Source: a virus. Taken from it: 64,000 nucleotides of DNA. The translations under genes and the position numbers were made by a program. The stretch is taken from IMG/VR virus record IMGVR_UViG_3300033183_000299, positions 43,508 to 107,507 of that record. One strand, 5' to 3'. A model generated the notes under the pieces. The model made no database searches. It was not told the DNA's origin and was given only the letters and a program-made list of their open reading frames with translations. Of the stretch, positions 25,822 through 33,239 are shown one piece after another; the first letter of the stretch is position 1, and the number at the start of each line of letters is the position of its first letter.

Positions 25822-25977
25822 TTATTGCTCCTCGGAAGTTGCTGTATCTTCAGCCTCTTCTTCGGTTGAACCAGTCTCCTCTGTTTCCTCAGCAGGTTCT
25901 GATGTTGGTTCAGTCAATGCTGAATCTTGATCTTTTTCTCCGCAAGCGAAGAATAATGTTAATAATAATGTAGTCAT
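25822..25977 (-). CDS. small acidic lipoprotein
   Basis: Manual translation, 51 aa: MTTLLLTLFFACGEKDQDS...; lipobox-like FFAC followed by a Glu/Thr-rich tail. Confidence 0.6.
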   Translation of the reverse strand: MTTLLLTLFFACGEKDQDSALTEPTSEPAEETEETGSTEEEAEDTATSEEQ

Positions 25978-25979
25978 AT

Positions 25980-26585
25980 TTACTCCTGAATGTCTATGTC
26001 TAAACTTACTTTAATTTGTAGTTTCGGCATACCGATCTTATCGGCAAGGCCAAGATCGATGGCTTCGTCTGCTTCAATGAACCAGTCTGCTCGACCTTTC
26101 TTGTTTAACTTTTTGTTAAACCATTTCTTTGTTTTCTTTGAGTTATCTGCGAGGATCTCATAGATCTTCTCATTTAATCTCTCGGTTTCCTTTGCGCTTG
26201 CTTGGATTTCCGAATTCTTGCCCCATGAGCCACTTGATACATCGTGAACCATCAGCGTAGCGTCTTCCGTAATATAACGATAACCCTTTGTTCCACACGA
26301 GAACAGGATCACGCCACAACTCATCGCTTTTCCCTCTACGATTGTCGCAACAGGCAATTCAGAGTTTTTGATTGAAGCAATCATACTCATGAGAGAATAG
26401 ACCTCTCCACCATATGAGTCGATAATCACAGGGATTACTTTTTGACCCGTATTGTGAGCTTGTCCCATCTTTTGAGCGAACTCTTTTGCTGCCGCTTCGT
26501 TAAACTTATTTACTCGAATAACGACAGGTGGTTGACGCAAGTCAACATCTTTGATGTTATTATCAACCGTTGTTTTCCATAGCAT
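25980..26585 (-). CDS. clpP: ClpP-like serine protease
   Basis: IDSYGG, AMSCG (Ser), MVHD (His), DWF (Asp), GLADKI; likely start MLWK (AGGAG SD). Confidence 0.85.
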   Translation of the reverse strand: MLWKTTVDNNIKDVDLRQPPVVIRVNKFNEAAAKEFAQKMGQAHNTGQKVIPVIIDSYGGEVYSLMSMIASIKNSELPVATIVEGKAMSCGVILFSCGTKGYRYITEDATLMVHDVSSGSWGKNSEIQASAKETERLNEKIYEILADNSKKTKKWFNKKLNKKGRADWFIEADEAIDLGLADKIGMPKLQIKVSLDIDIQE

Positions 26586-26647
26586 AGTGTCTCCTTTGTG
26601 TTGTTTGATGAGGCATCTGTAGCCCATGCCTCCCTGTGGCTTGAGTC

Positions 26648-27802
26648 CTATCTAAATAAAGACTCATCTCTTGCGAACGGAATTACCGCTCTACTTACGA
26701 GGTCTATTTCTATATCTTCCCAAACTACAAACTTGTAGAACCCCTTTGGTTTTCTTCCCTTATTGGCGGTCTTGAATACTTCATTCCACTTTCTCATAAG
26801 AGCTGCTGCCCCGTACGTACCATAATTGTTAGAAGAGTCATACTTCAAAATTGAGACCCAGTTATTCAAATCTGATAATCTTTCATCAGAATCTTTTACT
26901 CGCTTAACGAATTCAACAAGTCGATCGTGACCAGATTTACCAGAAGGCAATCGATTTTGAGACGCGTGAATAAATGCTGTTAACGCAAACAAAGTTGAAA
27001 CTGGAATCTCTTCAATATCAGGAAACGATGCTTTAATAACATCAATTGCCTTTACAATATTGGGACCAGAACGCGAACCCCACTTTGTACCCTTGGTATC
27101 TCCAGAAATATCGTTTCCAAGAATCTTTTGTAAGATACCTAGACCCTCAATCAAAGGATTTTCGACACTTGAATGACTATTATGAAGGCTAATTCCAGCA
27201 GACTTTGATAAGGCAAAGGTATCTAAAGCCTTCTTGTGTCTAGCACTGTTTGAATTGGCCAAGTCTTGCAAAAATTTATCATACTTTGAAATTGCTGCTG
27301 AGTTTTTATCTTGCGTTATAAACAGTCTTCTGCTTTCATCGGCCGAAGAGACATCCCGTATCATGGCTGGAACTAGATAAATTCCATTCATAATAGCGGC
27401 GTGACTTCTACCGCCGCCATCTCGAATAATATAGCATTCTTCAGAAGGAACGTAATCAATGCTGATGGGTTCAAATAATTTTGGATCAAAGTTCTTCGCC
27501 ATGCTTAGAATCTTTGCTTTTCGACCCTCTTCCAGAAGAGCATTTCTTTGTCCCCAATCTTCTCTGATCTCTGCATCTCTGATATCAAATAGAGGGAATG
27601 GATATTTTTCATGCATTACTGACTTGAAGCTTGGAGTTATTTTCGAGACTTTTTGCTTTGTTCTCCAATCCTTAAACTCATCATGGATTTCTGGATAGTC
27701 CTCTAAGTTTTCTTCAATTGTGTATCGAATTTTTCGATCACTTGTTTGTTCTTTGTACTGCTCTGTTACTTCAGATGTATATTGTTTTTTAGCTATTTTC
27801 AT
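26648..27802 (-). CDS. ParB/Srx-like domain protein
   Basis: FDPKLFEPISI...IIRDGGGRSHAA (variant of DGxHR); tentative. Confidence 0.5.
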   Translation of the reverse strand: MKIAKKQYTSEVTEQYKEQTSDRKIRYTIEENLEDYPEIHDEFKDWRTKQKVSKITPSFKSVMHEKYPFPLFDIRDAEIREDWGQRNALLEEGRKAKILSMAKNFDPKLFEPISIDYVPSEECYIIRDGGGRSHAAIMNGIYLVPAMIRDVSSADESRRLFITQDKNSAAISKYDKFLQDLANSNSARHKKALDTFALSKSAGISLHNSHSSVENPLIEGLGILQKILGNDISGDTKGTKWGSRSGPNIVKAIDVIKASFPDIEEIPVSTLFALTAFIHASQNRLPSGKSGHDRLVEFVKRVKDSDERLSDLNNWVSILKYDSSNNYGTYGAAALMRKWNEVFKTANKGRKPKGFYKFVVWEDIEIDLVSRAVIPFARDESLFR

Positions 27803-27883
27803 AATTACTCCATTGTTATAGCTACTTGGTAAACCCACCAAGTTTTTATTGAACAATTCAATTGTTCATAAATCGTATAAATC

Positions 27884-27923
27884 AAAAATAAAGTGCCGTT
27901 CCTTTGACCTAGGGCGAACGGCA
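27884..27923 (-). terminator. intrinsic terminator after ssb
   Basis: TGCCGTTC/GAACGGCA stem followed by a T-rich tail. Confidence 0.65.
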
Positions 27924-27953
27924 TTTCCCTTAACAACACAGGAGGTCTATGAC

Positions 27954-28730
27954 TTATTCGTCTTGCATAAAGGCTGCGAATGCTGCGTCTACGCTTTCTC
28001 CGGTTTTCTTTGTGAACTTTTGAGTCTCACTAGAAGATGACTCTGCCGAATTGTCGGAGGACAGATAACCATCCAGCAAAGTCTGTACTTCTTCAGTTGT
28101 CTTAACTTCAAACAAGTTGTCGATGTTAGGAACAGAGTCCAAAAGATCTTGACAGTCAGCAATATTATCATCACACAACACAGATGGTCGACGACGAGGC
28201 TGCAATGCTGTCTTAGGGAAGGAACCAGGTGTTCCTGGGATGGTATAAGTTAACTTAATATCTGTACCTGTTTGAGGGTCTGTGATGTCTCCATAATCAG
28301 GATCTAAAACATATCCCAAAAGGGTTTCGTAAGCAGTCTTACCATAAGCCCAGATTTTTACACCTTCAGACTCGCTTCCACGAACCAAGACAGGTGAATA
28401 ATAGCGTTTACGAGCAAACAACTTTTTTGCTTCATTCTTGAGATTTTGATCGTCACTTTCAACACCGTCACGCCATAATTTAGAGGCAAAGTCACAGATT
28501 GGACATTCACCACCGTCATTACGTTTGTTACAGTAGATCCCAGGGTTTTTTCCTACATTATAGTGGAAATGAAACTCACGGAACGGGTCACCATCTTGTG
28601 TAGGTAAGATTCGCACATGTTGAGTTCCTGCTTGAGGTTTCCACATGGTTGACTTACGTCCACCGGTAGCTTTGCCGCCGTTTTTTGATTGTTCGAGCTT
28701 TGCTCGCATTGCTTCAAGATTAATAGCCAT
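27954..28730 (-). CDS. single-stranded DNA-binding protein (T4 gp32-like)
   Basis: VRILP...HY...C...CPIC Zn site, RYY..V, YGK, DITDP..G.D; acidic tail. Confidence 0.85.
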   Translation of the reverse strand: MAINLEAMRAKLEQSKNGGKATGGRKSTMWKPQAGTQHVRILPTQDGDPFREFHFHYNVGKNPGIYCNKRNDGGECPICDFASKLWRDGVESDDQNLKNEAKKLFARKRYYSPVLVRGSESEGVKIWAYGKTAYETLLGYVLDPDYGDITDPQTGTDIKLTYTIPGTPGSFPKTALQPRRRPSVLCDDNIADCQDLLDSVPNIDNLFEVKTTEEVQTLLDGYLSSDNSAESSSSETQKFTKKTGESVDAAFAAFMQDE

Positions 28731-28824
28731 AATATACTCCATTGTTAGTCTATTTTATTGTGTTTTATCACTAAGGCAGGCAGGGTTTCAACCATACCCC
28801 CGTTGTAATTCGTTTTATATTATT

Positions 28825-28853
28825 AATATAACATATTCAAAAAGGTTTGTCAA
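28825..28853 (-). promoter_or_regulatory. sigma70-like promoter for ssb
   Basis: TTGACA-N17-TATATT. Confidence 0.8.
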
Positions 28854-28922
28854 GTAAAAAAAGTAAAAATTTCAAAAAATGGTCAAAAAAAAATTTTGAG
28901 GATTTTGGGTTTTTGAAAAAAA

Positions 28923-28959
28923 TAGGCGCTCTAGGATTTGAACCTAGGACCAACATCTA
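28923..28959 (-). pseudogene. tRNA-Ile2-derived remnant (T arm + 3' acceptor strand)
   Basis: TTGGTC CTAGG TTCAAAT CCTAG AGCGCCTA vs intact TTGGTC GCTGG TTCGAAT CCAGC AGCGCCTA. Confidence 0.8.
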
Positions 28960-28960
28960 T

Positions 28961-28989
28961 ATTATAACATAATCAAAATGGTTTGTCAA
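28961..28989 (-). promoter_or_regulatory. sigma70 consensus promoter directly upstream of the tRNA remnant
   Basis: TTGACA-N17-TATAAT, perfect. Confidence 0.85.
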
Positions 28990-29072
28990 GTAAAAAAGTA
29001 AAGTTTTTTTAAAAAAGTTTATGAAGAACTTCATATGTCCTCTACTTACTAATAGCGATGGAGGATAGTCGT

Positions 29073-29447
29073 ATGAAAAAATGTATTGTTTGTGAAAAAG
29101 AACTGGTTGGGCGCCAGACAAAATATTGCTCAAGCAAATGCAAAGGCAAAGATACAAATGTTAAGCACCAAAATTATCAAGCACAGCAAAAAAGAGGCAT
29201 AGAGAGAAGAACTCTATTGATTGATAAGCTTGGGGGGAAATGTTGTAAATGTGGGTACAATAGAAACTCTAGCGCTCTCGCCTTTCATCACACCGATGCT
29301 TCTAGCAAGTCTTTCCAAATTGATTTAAGACAGTGCTCTAACAGAAGCGAAAAGATCCTACTAGAAGAGGCAAAGAAATGCATACTAGTTTGTCACAACT
29401 GCCATGCTGAGATACATCACCCACATTTCAACATCAAAGAAGAATAG
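29073..29447 (+). CDS. HNH homing endonuclease
   Basis: CIVC..KYCSSKC Zn finger; CCKCG...FHH...KCILVCHNCHAEIH; GGAGG SD at 29060-29064; stop overlaps the 3' end of tRNA-Ile2. Confidence 0.85.
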   Translation: MKKCIVCEKELVGRQTKYCSSKCKGKDTNVKHQNYQAQQKRGIERRTLLIDKLGGKCCKCGYNRNSSALAFHHTDASSKSFQIDLRQCSNRSEKILLEEAKKCILVCHNCHAEIHHPHFNIKEE

Positions 29448-29517
29448 GCGCTGCTGGATTCGAACCAGCGACCAAGAATTTATGAGATTCCTGCGCTAAC
29501 CGCTGCGCCAAGCGCCC
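29445..29517 (-). tRNA. tRNA-Ile2/Met (anticodon CAT), most like Ile2
   Basis: 73-nt cloverleaf GGGCGCT...GGAAT CTCATAA ATTCT...GCTGG TTCGAAT CCAGC AGCGCCT A; CCA not encoded. Confidence 0.9.
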
Positions 29518-29555
29518 AAGGCTGCCTCCAAATTAATGGAGGCATTATAAAAGAC

Positions 29556-29879
29556 TTAAGCAGAGAAGGTCCTCCATTCTTTCAGCGAAGGAGCCTTAGA
29601 GCCAGGTCTTAACTCAAGGCAAAATTGAGCATAAGCATAGTGTTCGTCATCTGAGTCATTCTCATACTTGTGCCCATTTGTTTGTCCATTGTTTTCCAAC
29701 CTGTCTTGTTCTTCCGACCAGACTTCGTATTCTTCAATAAGATTGCTTAACTTTCTCACTTCAGAGCTGCATATAATCAAGGGTGCTTCCAGGTCTCTTA
29801 GTTTCTTGAGTTTGTTTACACTCAAATCAAATTTTTCCAAGATTTCTCCAAATTTTTGTATTTCTTCTGATAGATTCAT
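29556..29879 (-). CDS. hypothetical protein
   Basis: MNLSEEIQKF start with GGAGA SD; the longer ORF-track start runs through the tRNA remnant. Confidence 0.6.
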   Translation of the reverse strand: MNLSEEIQKFGEILEKFDLSVNKLKKLRDLEAPLIICSSEVRKLSNLIEEYEVWSEEQDRLENNGQTNGHKYENDSDDEHYAYAQFCLELRPGSKAPSLKEWRTFSA

Positions 29880-30016
29880 AGTTTTTTCTCCATTTTTCAA
29901 TTTTAATAATCTATGCTCTATAGTTTTTTTGGAGGTACCCACAGAAACCCTCTCATTTCTCCGTTCCTTAGCGACCCTGCTTCCATTATCAGAAATCAGA
30001 ACGAAAACATAAAAAA

Positions 30017-30054
30017 GTACACCCGACAGGATTCGAACCTGTGACCTAGTGTAC
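30017..30054 (-). pseudogene. tRNA-Arg-derived remnant / minihelix-like RNA
   Basis: GTACAC TAGGTC ACAGG TTCGAAT CCTGT CGG GTGTAC followed by T-run; matches the 3' end of the tRNA at 30775. Confidence 0.8.
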
Positions 30055-30059
30055 AATAT

Positions 30060-30088
30060 ATTATAACATAGTTTTGATAACTTGTCAA
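30060..30088 (-). promoter_or_regulatory. sigma70 consensus promoter directly upstream of the tRNA remnant
   Basis: TTGACA-N17-TATAAT, perfect; the -35 box overlaps the HNH stop. Confidence 0.85.
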
Positions 30089-30675
30089 GTATTTTTATAA
30101 GATTTTTGATATCTCTCTTTTCTGCAAGAATTTTTGTTTTTAGATTTGTAAGTCTCTAATTGAGAATCACAATTGTGACAGATTAGTCTGAGATTATTTC
30201 TCATATTGTTAGATGCTCGACCATCAATATGATCCAAGATAAAATTCAACTCTTTCCCATTCCACTCATTCTTCATTCCGCAAATATCACAACGCTCCGC
30301 CTGCTCTTTCAATATCCAAGGTTTTACAAAACGCATGTTTCTATCATTACAATATTCTTCTTGATTGCTTATGAAGTGAAGATATTTTTTTTGCCTTCTA
30401 TGTTCAGACGAACAAAAATGAGAGCAGAACTTGGCATTCTTGCTAGGGCTTTTAAATTCACTCTTACAATACATACATTCCTTATGTCTTCCTAGACCAG
30501 CATTGTGAGGTTTCCAGCCAGAAGGATTCTTCTGTCTTATTGGAAGGGTTATTCCCAACTTTTTAGAAACTTTTCTAATATATGCTCCAGAGACACCATA
30601 GAGTTTTCCGATTTTCTCATAAGATAGATTTTCTTCAAAGATCAGTTTTTCTAATTCTTCTTTTTTGTATTTCAT
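30085..30675 (-). CDS. HNH homing endonuclease with N-terminal HTH and Zn finger
   Basis: CDICG...LDHIDGRASNNMRNNLRLICHNCDSQ. Confidence 0.88.
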   Translation of the reverse strand: MKYKKEELEKLIFEENLSYEKIGKLYGVSGAYIRKVSKKLGITLPIRQKNPSGWKPHNAGLGRHKECMYCKSEFKSPSKNAKFCSHFCSSEHRRQKKYLHFISNQEEYCNDRNMRFVKPWILKEQAERCDICGMKNEWNGKELNFILDHIDGRASNNMRNNLRLICHNCDSQLETYKSKNKNSCRKERYQKSYKNT

Positions 30676-30710
30676 AACATTTCCTCCGCTATGAAATAAA
30701 TAGACTTAGA

Positions 30711-30765
30711 AAAAACATTTGAACCAATAAGCACCAAAAAAATAAGACAAACTTATTGGTTCAAA
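30711..30765 (-). terminator. 14-bp inverted repeat terminator after tRNA-Arg
   Basis: TTTGAACCAATAAG / CTTATTGGTTCAAA followed by TGTTTTTT. Confidence 0.65.
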
Positions 30766-30774
30766 TAATAGAAG

Positions 30775-30857
30775 TACACCAGGTAGGATTCGAACCTACG
30801 ATGGGAGTTACCCGTCGGCTTAGAAGGCCGATGCCATATCCACTAGGCGACTGGTGC
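30775..30857 (-). tRNA. tRNA-Arg (anticodon TCT) with 15-nt variable region
   Basis: GCACCAG/CTGGTGT acceptor, TCGGC CTTCTAA GCCGA anticodon arm, GTAGG TTCGAAT CCTAC T arm; 83 nt. Confidence 0.88.
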
Positions 30858-30859
30858 AT

Positions 30860-30887
30860 AAAAAGCGGCCTTTTGAAGGGTAGCCGC
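30860..30887 (-). terminator. terminator-like hairpin upstream of tRNA-Arg
   Basis: GCGGC/GCCGC stem followed by TTTTT. Confidence 0.5.
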
Positions 30888-30900
30888 AAACCCAAAACGC

Positions 30901-31164
30901 TTAAAATAAACTAATGCTTACATCTTGAGTATTAGAAGTAACATCACCAATCTGAGTATTGGAATTAAATGTACGATACTGTTGACGATCAATATCAAAT
31001 ACGGTTTCATAACCAGGCTGTAGATTGCGCTCTCGCAATGTTGAAGGAAACACTCCAGATGGCGCCTCAGAAGGACGTACAAAGTTCATAGTACGTTGTT
31101 CTCCACGTTGGGTTACAAAAGTCCCAGTGTATACAGTCATTGATTGTGAATTATTGTTGCTCAT
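30901..31164 (-). CDS. hypothetical protein (possible SH3/WYL-like beta barrel)
   Basis: 87 aa, GGAGG SD, VFDIDRQQYRTF motif. Confidence 0.65.
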   Translation of the reverse strand: MSNNNSQSMTVYTGTFVTQRGEQRTMNFVRPSEAPSGVFPSTLRERNLQPGYETVFDIDRQQYRTFNSNTQIGDVTSNTQDVSISLF

Positions 31165-31209
31165 AAAACCTCCATTTTGTTTTGAGTCATTAATTGTTGT
31201 TGTTTATAT

Positions 31210-31238
31210 AATATAGCATGTTTTGTTCATGTTGTCAA
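31210..31238 (-). promoter_or_regulatory. sigma70-like promoter
   Basis: TTGACA-N17-TATATT. Confidence 0.75.
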
Positions 31239-31246
31239 GTATTTTT

Positions 31247-31324
31247 TTAAAGTTTTTCTTCCAGCCAATACCAAAGCCACGTAAATGCGAAAACGAACAC
31301 CGTCGTTCCTAATATTAATTCCAT
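31247..31324 (-). CDS. 25-aa single-pass membrane peptide
   Basis: MELILGTTVFVFAFTWLWYWLEEKL; GAGG SD; own promoter. Confidence 0.55.
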   Translation of the reverse strand: MELILGTTVFVFAFTWLWYWLEEKL

Positions 31325-31354
31325 TTTGCTTTCCTCTGTTTTTCTTATACTTAT

Positions 31355-31383
31355 AATATAACATATCTGAGATGGTTTGTCAA
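31355..31383 (-). promoter_or_regulatory. sigma70-like promoter
   Basis: TTGACA-N17-TATATT; overlaps the stop of the 31380-31874 ORF. Confidence 0.75.
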
Positions 31384-31874
31384 GTAAAAAGGCAAACTTT
31401 TTTTAGAAATTCTTTCTCTTCTTCTAGTCTCTCGAGCTTTTGGGCATAATACTCAGTATCAAAATATTGCTTCGCCTTTCCTTCGTTCAGCCACTTCTTT
31501 CTGTCCTCGATATAAGCTAAAATTTCTTCTTCTGTATCGTAAAGGTAAGTTGAGTAGTCCATTCCTTCTCGGATTGCTTTCTCATATTGTGGAAACAGCT
31601 TGATGGCTTCTTTATAGACTGAGCGGTAGTGTTTCGCATCTTCTAAGAATGTCTCTTCACTAAATGAGACGTATACTCTCGGAGATCCAAACTTTTCTTT
31701 TGTTTGAAGAACGCTAATATTTGATAACGGCGTTATCTCTGTTGTGTAGGGACTGTGTCTCGGACCAATCAAAGCATATCCGATCCAGTTTGCGATAGTG
31801 CTAATGATTTGGAAGTAGTCTTTGTGCTCTTCGCTTTCACTTCCCCACATGTTGTAATAAATTTGTTCAGTCAT
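31380..31874 (-). CDS. hypothetical protein
   Basis: 164 aa, GGAGG SD. Confidence 0.65.
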   Translation of the reverse strand: MTEQIYYNMWGSESEEHKDYFQIISTIANWIGYALIGPRHSPYTTEITPLSNISVLQTKEKFGSPRVYVSFSEETFLEDAKHYRSVYKEAIKLFPQYEKAIREGMDYSTYLYDTEEEILAYIEDRKKWLNEGKAKQYFDTEYYAQKLERLEEEKEFLKKVCLFT

Positions 31875-32040
31875 TAATCCTCCAGTATTGACCTGTCCAC
31901 TCTAGTTTTGATAAATTAATTTTTATTTTTTCATCGGTAATATAAAGTATGATTGCTTCATCGTTTCTTATTTTCTCTATTTGACCCAGCAAGTTTTCTA
32001 TTGGGTGCTTTACTTGATCTTTTAGCTTAGGTGTCTTCAT
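31867..32040 (-). CDS. hypothetical protein
   Basis: Manual translation, 57 aa (MKTPKLKDQVKHPI...); fills the gap with overlapping stop/start. Confidence 0.5.
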   Translation of the reverse strand: MKTPKLKDQVKHPIENLLGQIEKIRNDEAIILYITDEKIKINLSKLEWTGQYWRIND

Positions 32041-32212
32041 CGTATATTTCCTTTAGTATTATTTGAAGCCTTACGATGTAATCACATACTTCAAAGATCT
32101 TCATCGTTACTTGTGTTTGGTCATCGTAACTCTCATATAGTAGATCTGCTAAAAGTCTTTCCTCAAGAACCTTGAGATCGTATAGTTTCTGTTTTATCTC
32201 TTGCAAAGTCAT
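32027..32212 (-). CDS. hypothetical protein
   Basis: 61-aa helical ORF. Confidence 0.5.
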   Translation of the reverse strand: MTLQEIKQKLYDLKVLEERLLADLLYESYDDQTQVTMKIFEVCDYIVRLQIILKEIYDEDT

Positions 32213-33021
32213 TTTGGTTCCTGTATGAAGTGAGTTGAGTGCTTAGCATAATAATGATTGTCTTCAGATGATTTCCAAATCGCAAATGAAGCATCTCTAT
32301 TCTTTTGCTTAGCCTCTCTTATAATTTGTTGGCATGTTGGAATGATTGTTTCATCATTATCCAAGTCCTCTTCCTCTATATTAATATAATAACACGTTTC
32401 TGTTATGTTGTCAAGTGGAAAAAGAATTTTTTCATCAGTTGATGTAAATTTTGAGTAAGCTAATGTCGAAATTCTGGAAATATTGCGAGATATATGTAAT
32501 TTTCCAAAGTCTGGTTTTGTGTTCTCGCAATACATGATGTTTTGTATCAGCGAATAGATAAAGTAATTGACCTTAGAGTAGTAGTCGCTTACAGTTCCTG
32601 CTCCGGCAATCTTCATCAGCGTCTTATTATCTAATATTACCATCTCATGTAGCATGCCTGAGCGGGCATACTCCTGTAGTACCCCAAAATGCACTTTGTG
32701 TCTCAAATATTCTTCTCTGGATAGAAACTCAACATCAGGGAAGATATAATATACCGTTGTTTTATAGCCTCTCAGAGCCTCCAGGACACGTAAAGAAGCT
32801 CCGGCTATCTTACCGCTCCCACAAACAAATAAAATCGCTTCATCGTGAGATTTGAGGCCTCTCTGTTTAAATTTGATTGGCTCTTCATCATATTCTTCGA
32901 CAGTACCTTTCTTTTCAATACCGTCATTTTCGTCAAGAATTATAATTTTGTAATTCTTTGTGTGAGGCTTGAATAATTTAACAATATTCTTACCCGCCTC
33001 TCCTAATCCAACTAAGATCAT
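32209..33021 (-). CDS. divergent tubulin/FtsZ-family (PhuZ/TubZ-like) protein
   Basis: LVGLGEAGKNIV T1 loop, FVCGSGKIAGAS T4-like loop, YIFP, ILDN. Confidence 0.55.
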   Translation of the reverse strand: MILVGLGEAGKNIVKLFKPHTKNYKIIILDENDGIEKKGTVEEYDEEPIKFKQRGLKSHDEAILFVCGSGKIAGASLRVLEALRGYKTTVYYIFPDVEFLSREEYLRHKVHFGVLQEYARSGMLHEMVILDNKTLMKIAGAGTVSDYYSKVNYFIYSLIQNIMYCENTKPDFGKLHISRNISRISTLAYSKFTSTDEKILFPLDNITETCYYINIEEEDLDNDETIIPTCQQIIREAKQKNRDASFAIWKSSEDNHYYAKHSTHFIQEPK

Positions 33022-33239
33022 AAGTGCTCCTCAAGTGTTTCAATATAATAGGATGGGATTGGCTCAACTCTCATGGTATCAAAAAAGTAAACATCTAGCA
33101 TAAGGGTCCTATCAAACCCTCGTCGTACATTTTTTATTATGCCGATTTGACCTGTTCTATATCTGAGCCAATCCCAATCGGGAAAATTTTCAATTACAAT
33201 TACTAGGTTTCCAACTTTCATCCATGGCCTCAATCTCAT
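33018..33239 (-). CDS. small KOW/SH3-like barrel protein
   Basis: MKVGNLVIV...GQIGII. Confidence 0.55.
   Translation of the reverse strand: MRLRPWMKVGNLVIVIENFPDWDWLRYRTGQIGIIKNVRRGFDRTLMLDVYFFDTMRVEPIPSYYIETLEEHL

Noticed and set aside
28855-28922. A/T tracts with weak inverted symmetry between two promoters
   Set aside because: Adequately explained as UP elements or a U-tract; no specific structure can be supported.
29880-30056. N-terminal extension of the 166-aa ORF-track call
   Set aside because: It runs through the tRNA remnant and its U-tract; an SD-supported start exists at 29879.
28923-30857. Integrase attL/attR sites of an integrated element at the tRNAs
   Set aside because: The duplicated tRNA ends are diverged with compensatory stem changes rather than identical, and the enclosed DNA encodes only an HNH, not an integrase.
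30775-30857. Amber suppressor reading (CTA) of the tRNA loop, or a reassigned genetic code
   Set aside because: The 7-nt loop CTTCTAA places TCT at 34-36. Conserved genes are uninterrupted under code 11, and TAG is used as a normal stop (e.g. 16934, 26648, 29447).
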